From NCBI RefSeq assembly GCF_009834535.1, contig NC_045696.1, positions 53,260,001-53,324,000 of the forward strand: a DNA stretch of 64,000 nucleotides, read 5' to 3'. The notes below the pieces were generated by a model. The model did no database searches. It was not told the origin of the DNA and worked only from the letters and a program-made list of their open reading frames with translations. The position numbers and the translations under genes are program-made. Below are positions 61,961-64,000 of the stretch, in pieces (within the stretch, counting starts at the first letter, position 1; each line of letters opens with the position of its first letter). This stretch comes from Camelus ferus (Eukaryota).

Positions 61961-64000
61961 TTGTTATATATGAATCTTTAAAATTAAGCTGAAATTAGAA
62001 TAAAACATACCTCCTTCTGCTACTATCCAGCCCAGTGACAATACAAAGATGGGAGAAGAGGAAACGCGGATAAGTGTGGGTATCGGGACATTATGTAATA
62101 AGTCATAAAATTCATTTTCCATGCCATATTTTAATACAATGGAATGTCTTAGTTATGTAAATTCCATTGAAAGTTTACAGATAAGTGCATATTCACATAA
62201 GCAGTGGATTATACATGATGAGACCCACTTCAGGAAATAATAATTTGAGACTATTAACCAAATGATTCAATTAGGAGAAAGTTCATAAAAATCACTGTAG
62301 AAGAGCTTCTAAAATACCTCAACTGCAGATCCATTCAATGGTTTATTTTTTTCTGAACTTAACAGCTAGAATATCACTAACAGAGTTCAGCTGAAAACAG
62401 TATTATCAGGATCTGCTAGAACTCTTCCCACCTTTCCTTTTAACCTTTAAGCTGGAACCACTTAACACCAACATTTACATTTAACACTGGCCAGGGAACA
62501 TTCCAAGGAATCTGAGCTAACAGAATAGTTGGTCTTGCTTCACCTTCATACCCAAATTCTGAAATTAAGTGATTATTCTGTCCCTCCCAGTCATACATCC
62601 CGGATCCTTTCTAAGACCATCCTTGGATCAAAATCCAAAGCAGACATGCCTAGGATCAAATACCTGGATGCAACCTGCAGACTTTGCTGACGCTACCTGC
62701 CTCTCAGCCCGTATCCTATTGTAACCGCCTTTTCAGAAACACATTGACCAGGAGCTCTAGCCATTCCAGGCATAGCTGTCTCCACTCCTGTCTGAGCCAC
62801 AGTTCTGCTAATTATCAAATATCTTGCTATGAGTTAGCCTTTGTTGGGTTGATAGAATCATAGCTCCCGTGGCTCTTCCTTGGCAATGAAGGTGCTTAAA
62901 CATTTCCTTGTACCTAGATCACAGAATGATAAAATAAAATGTTAGCGCTCAGAGGGCTTGAAAAGATCCTACAAGTTTAAAGCTGAATTGAGCATTTCAT
63001 GGGCATGCATAATTTTACAGTGGTTGCCTTAGGGTCTGCCAGAGGAAATATATCTAGTATCCATGCATTCTCCAAGGAAATGGAGCCCTGTAGACACTGA
63101 GGGCACCATCAATGGTCTTGTAATTCTGTAAGGGAAGATGGGGAAAGAAAGCCACAGACTTCTAAGGCTTCAGGAAAAGTGCTCTGTGTATGTGTGTCTG
63201 TGTAATATTTCTTGAGGAAGAGAGGATTCAGAAGACTGAGTAAATGCACATAAGACTTACATCTAAATGTGACTAATTTCTCAGCATTCCACTGTGGATG
63301 TTGTTGGTTTCTCATGTAATAATATATAACTGGCTTCTATATTAATTCAAATAAGTAGCTGACTCTACTAGCTATTGATTTTATAAAATGAAATACACTG
63401 TATAAAGATAACTTGGGTTCAGCACAGATTTGTTTTCCACATGTATATGTGCATGTAGATTCTGAATTTTAAGATCTGAGTAACAGCTGCAATGAGAAAA
63501 CAAGCAAATTCATATAGTCTGCTTTGCATTTTCTTTTAAGATAATTCTTGTTTTGAAAAAAAAATAAGTATTCCTTCTGATTAGGACTTACTATATGAAA
63601 ATATATTTTTAAATTTTATTTCCATAGAAAGTCAGTTTCTTATGATTATAGACCTAATCAATTAGGCCTTTATGTAACCTCACAGCAACATCATCAAATT
63701 GCCAAACATGATCACTAGGTCTGACTACTCGATATTACTTTTTAGAGTTAATGCTGAAAACTGTAATTTTATAATGAGATAAAAGCAGATTTCACTCATT
63801 TAATTAATCTCTGTGTAATTAAATGGAAAAATTGGTTATATTTTATTAAAAAGTAATTCTTTTCAACATTTTCCCTGAAAAGTAAATTACCAGAATTTTC
63901 TTTGACAAATACGAATCTTTTGTGAAATCACTGGAGACTTCATGAAATCAAAGTCTTTTCAAGTTCAGAAAAGACAATGAGTATCCTGCTGAGATTACTC

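Noticed and set aside
1..64000. The many 60-125 aa ORFs as genes
   Set aside because: Their sizes fit random expectation, many use non-ATG starts or overlap repeats, and none except the L1 ORF2 fragment resembles a protein I know.
1..64000. A previously undescribed multi-gene biological system
   Set aside because: I found no gene cluster, recognisable enzyme domain beyond the L1 remnant, or organised array. Known mammalian repeats plus unique non-coding DNA explain the visible structure.

Overview
This is AT-rich, CpG-depleted mammalian genomic DNA, very likely camelid (alpaca, llama or camel). The taxon call rests on a tRNA-Ala-like vic-1-type SINE at ~58.5 kb and artiodactyl-type L1 3' ends. 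The window looks like the interior of a large intron or intergenic DNA. It is dense in ancient MIR and L2 fossils and also carries MER3, MER5 and MER94 DNA-transposon relics, MaLR LTRs, a CR1/L3 fragment, old L1M pieces and four younger L1 insertions. The only ORF I can assign is the C-terminal L1 ORF2p fragment in a young, 5'-truncated L1 with a perfect 17-bp target-site duplication (TSD) (49328-50050). I recognise no host protein-coding gene, CRISPR array, rRNA or true tRNA, and I see no convincing novel biological system. The most notable structures are a twin-primed (5'-inverted) L1, a nested repeat stack, several CpG-retaining non-repeat patches (candidate enhancers) and a few splice-site-bounded exon candidates that need RNA or conservation data. 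Repeat families were assigned by eye from remembered consensus motifs, and the boundaries of old repeats are approximate.
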